A stretch of DNA of 64,000 nucleotides, taken from NCBI GenBank assembly GCA_030265395.1, contig JARFYF010000094.1:92178283-92242282 (forward strand), written 5' to 3'. Below the pieces are notes generated by a model, which was not told the origin of the DNA, ran no database searches, and saw nothing but the letters and a program-made list of their open reading frames with translations. The position numbers and the translations under genes are program-made. Position 1 is the first letter of the stretch. Each line of letters starts with the position of its first letter. Origin of the DNA: Rhina ancylostomus (lineage: Eukaryota). Below, piece by piece: positions 61,282-64,000 of the stretch.

Positions 61282-64000
61282 CTGAATCGGGAATCAGGGC
61301 GATATTTTAATTTAAAATATTCAAACAGAGAGGAAAAGGTTGTTAATTAGATTGTAGCATTGAATAATTGCTTTAAAGATAAACTTCGCGAAGTTAACTG
61401 TCCACTCTAAATTCTCTTCGCTTGCCCAGAACCGTTTGTTTATCCAATTGGATAAGAATGTGGATACAACGGGGGAGAAATACTCAAACAGGGCTACACT
61501 TTATTTTCTCGTTTTGATTCCAAACGTTTCAATTTCTGGCTGTTTAAAAAATCAGATTAAATTAAATCGATTTAAGGCAGAAAGTGCTCCATTTGTCTGG
61601 ATTCGTGTTTACGTTCTGTCAATATTGTGACATTATTCCTCCAGTTACTGTGACGGGATCTCTCGTGTTTGCTTGTATTTTTGCGATTCTTTTCCAAGAT
61701 ATTTGTTGGCCTCGCTTGTAGTGTCGGTGTGATTTGATTGCCATTAATCACTCTCACAATTACCAGAGCTCTCCACGGTTATACTTCATCAACGTTTCTC
61801 CGTTCGCTTCATTAAAACGACACCTTCTGTGATTAAACAGGAGACACCGAGCTCAGGATCTGGGACCGATCGCTGCGTTCAATGGGGAAACCAAATCGGA
61901 AACCAGAGCAAGTTTTTTTTTCCGGGACCTTTATTCAAGCATTTGACTCCCTATTATTTGAATGTAGTTTTTGAAAATTTTTAAGGTCTTCTTTCTCTGA
62001 GATCTCTCTCTTTCTTTGTCCTCCCCAAGTCCCTGCCGTGATTTCGGTTTCACTTGCCCCGATCAGTGTCACAACGCCCAGAAGGACAAGTTTCGCTAAT
62101 CGCTTGTTCTGACTTCAAAAGGGTTCTGGACTTGGAGAAGGCCGTCGGGAGGTTGGTATCAGTGATCTGTTTATTGCTCCACGTGGGGAAGCTTTTTAAA
62201 TATAGATATTGTATATTACTAGTCTTCTTCAAACACTACTTGCGGGTCCTAGTCCTTGATTCAGTATTTTACCTGCTCAGACATTTAGTTGGGTCGGATA
62301 TCGATTTAAATTCGCGGATGAAGTCCGGGAACTCCTCTGTCGGGGCTTTAGGATTGGACGAAAGACTTGCATCGACATATCCAACGTTCCAATGTACATT
62401 TAAATACGGGGCAGGTTATATCCAGTTAAAGCACTATTAGATATGTATTCGTAATGAAACCTTAAAGTGCTGGATCACTACTGGTTTATCTCTTAGCTGA
62501 AACATTTTAATTATAACTTGTAGGGAAAAAAATGCCAGCTTTTAACCAAATTGCAATTCAAGGCCAAGAGAGATTTTAAAACAAAACTAATGTTTAGCTG
62601 TGCCGGAATGGGAAACACAAGGGGAGGGATATTCAAACCTCGATTATAGGTTGCCAAAATAGTGTGTGTGGCATCAGCTTTTCACACCCGTTTCCCACAT
62701 TGGTGAGTCTATAACAACTGGACACAATCAACATATAGCGCCTACCAAAGGAAAACGGTGCCACTTTGAGTCCACGATATTACTTTGTCTATCATGTTCC
62801 TAGAAAGTATTAAAGTATTAAACAATCCTGATACATATTTTCCTTTAATAGTTATTCAAGTGCTTGTAGAGCGACGACCCGTTGATTTTTTTTTCAAAAT
62901 CTGATCAAAACCGAGGGAGAGGATTGGATGCGTTGAAGTTTTTCCTTGAACCAGCAGCTCATGTGGTCCAATTAGTACATTTATGTAAATTAGATGCAGA
63001 TAAGATTTACTGTTGCAAATGATATTGTTAGGTATCCGCCGTATTATGCATTAGTTCAACAGTTTCTGCAAACAGCCCGGACACACCTAAAATCTGTTCC
63101 TGGGATGGACAATAACCCTAATTAGGGTATGCATGTGCTGCTTCACATCCATTCAGACAAAAGGAAAATATTGCACACAGCTCTGCGGTATCATGGTGAA
63201 AACTACATTTACAAAACAGGTTTAAAAACTTCCATACTCATGAAGTGGACTAATCAATTTAGTTACATTTGGCTTCTCCAGACAAGAAAACTAGGACTTA
63301 GGTATTTTCACTGCAATTCTCATGAGTCCTTCTGTCTCCTGGAACGAAACTGCTAACCTTTGATCACACAATGATTACGAAAATATATTTATAAAGTTAC
63401 ATTTTCAGATGTCGAATGTGTAAGTTAATTTAATCAGTTCGGTGTCAATTGAGTATATTAGTGCTGGAATATTTTTATTTGCGACAATTCAGTCTCACTG
63501 TGCTAATTACAACCAAAGGTATCCCGATCCCAGGTTCTGCCTCTTGAACCCCATCATTTCTCGGATGGAGATTTCGCTTTAAGTACTTGACACCTCTTTC
63601 TTTCTAGAAGCCCTTCATATCAGCAATCCTCAGAATGCAGCAAGAAATAGCGAATCAATTTATGACTTCTGATTTCCCATCCATCCACTTGCTTTGAGAA
63701 GAAAAAATGAATTTTTAAAGATTATTGGTGTTTGTCAATACGATAGGAGATCAGACAGCCGCACAGTCCACGGTATCATTTCTGCAGATCAGTTTAAAAA
63801 TTTTCGACGTACTGCAACAGTGAAACCGCATTTGTGTCCAACGTTACACATCACGAAGTTTATATAAACAATCGCTGGTTCTGAATTGAATGATTGGGAC
63901 CAATTTACAGAGCCCCAGCCTGTTAACACCTGCAAAACACAGGATCTGGTATTTACACTTCGCACATTAGACGAACTAGTTAAGCGATTTTCCCCATCAA

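Larger units (their letters stand above)
49900..64000. promoter_or_regulatory. Extended CpG-retaining domain containing the putative internal EVI1 promoter and non-coding first exons (GC-richest core about 50500-53500)
   Basis: By eye, CG dinucleotides become frequent from about 49.9 kb onward compared with 1-49 kb. The region lies 1-15 kb upstream of the PR exon, where EVI1 alternative promoters lie in other vertebrates. Recognisable retroelements are few. Confidence 0.75.

Noticed and set aside
63115-63128. 14-bp perfect palindrome ACCCTAATTAGGGT
   Set aside because: About 4 palindromes of this length are expected by chance in 64 kb.
1-64000. CRISPR array, operon or other prokaryotic/viral system
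   Set aside because: No regularly spaced direct repeats and no dense long ORFs. The sequence is an intron-rich vertebrate locus.

Overview
Eukaryotic (vertebrate) genomic DNA. The repeat content points to a cartilaginous fish (inference). The window holds the central part of one gene on the minus strand, MECOM (MDS1-EVI1/PRDM3). Six coding exons splice in frame: 48757-48626, 24104-24002, 21280-21082, 18514-18367, 17267-17114 and 2307-948 (2096 nt in total, all flanked by AG/GT). They encode the C-terminal part of the PR/SET domain, the EVI1 N-terminus (MKS...MAPEIH), zinc fingers 1-7 and the two CtBP motifs PFDLT and PLDLS. The MDS1 exons (right) and the 3' exons (left) were not found in the window. 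From about 49.9 kb to the end the DNA is CpG-retaining and relatively repeat-poor, as expected for the internal EVI1 promoter domain. Introns contain CR1, L2-like and Rex/Babar LINE fragments, tRNA-derived V-type SINEs, Deu-type and LF-type SINE relics, and Penelope-like terminal repeats with minimal hammerhead-ribozyme motifs. There is no prokaryotic-type system here, and almost all short ORFs in the track are spurious. The most interesting signals are: hammerhead-type repeats that all lie antisense to MECOM; two NAGNAG acceptors; loss of the AG at the delta324-equivalent acceptor; a uORF stop overlapping the EVI1 start; IR0 and DR1 nuclear-receptor elements; a possible recursive splice site; and N-gaps flanked by 8-bp duplications. 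Repeat boundaries and family names were assigned by eye and are approximate. Comparisons to human MECOM are from memory and need checking.
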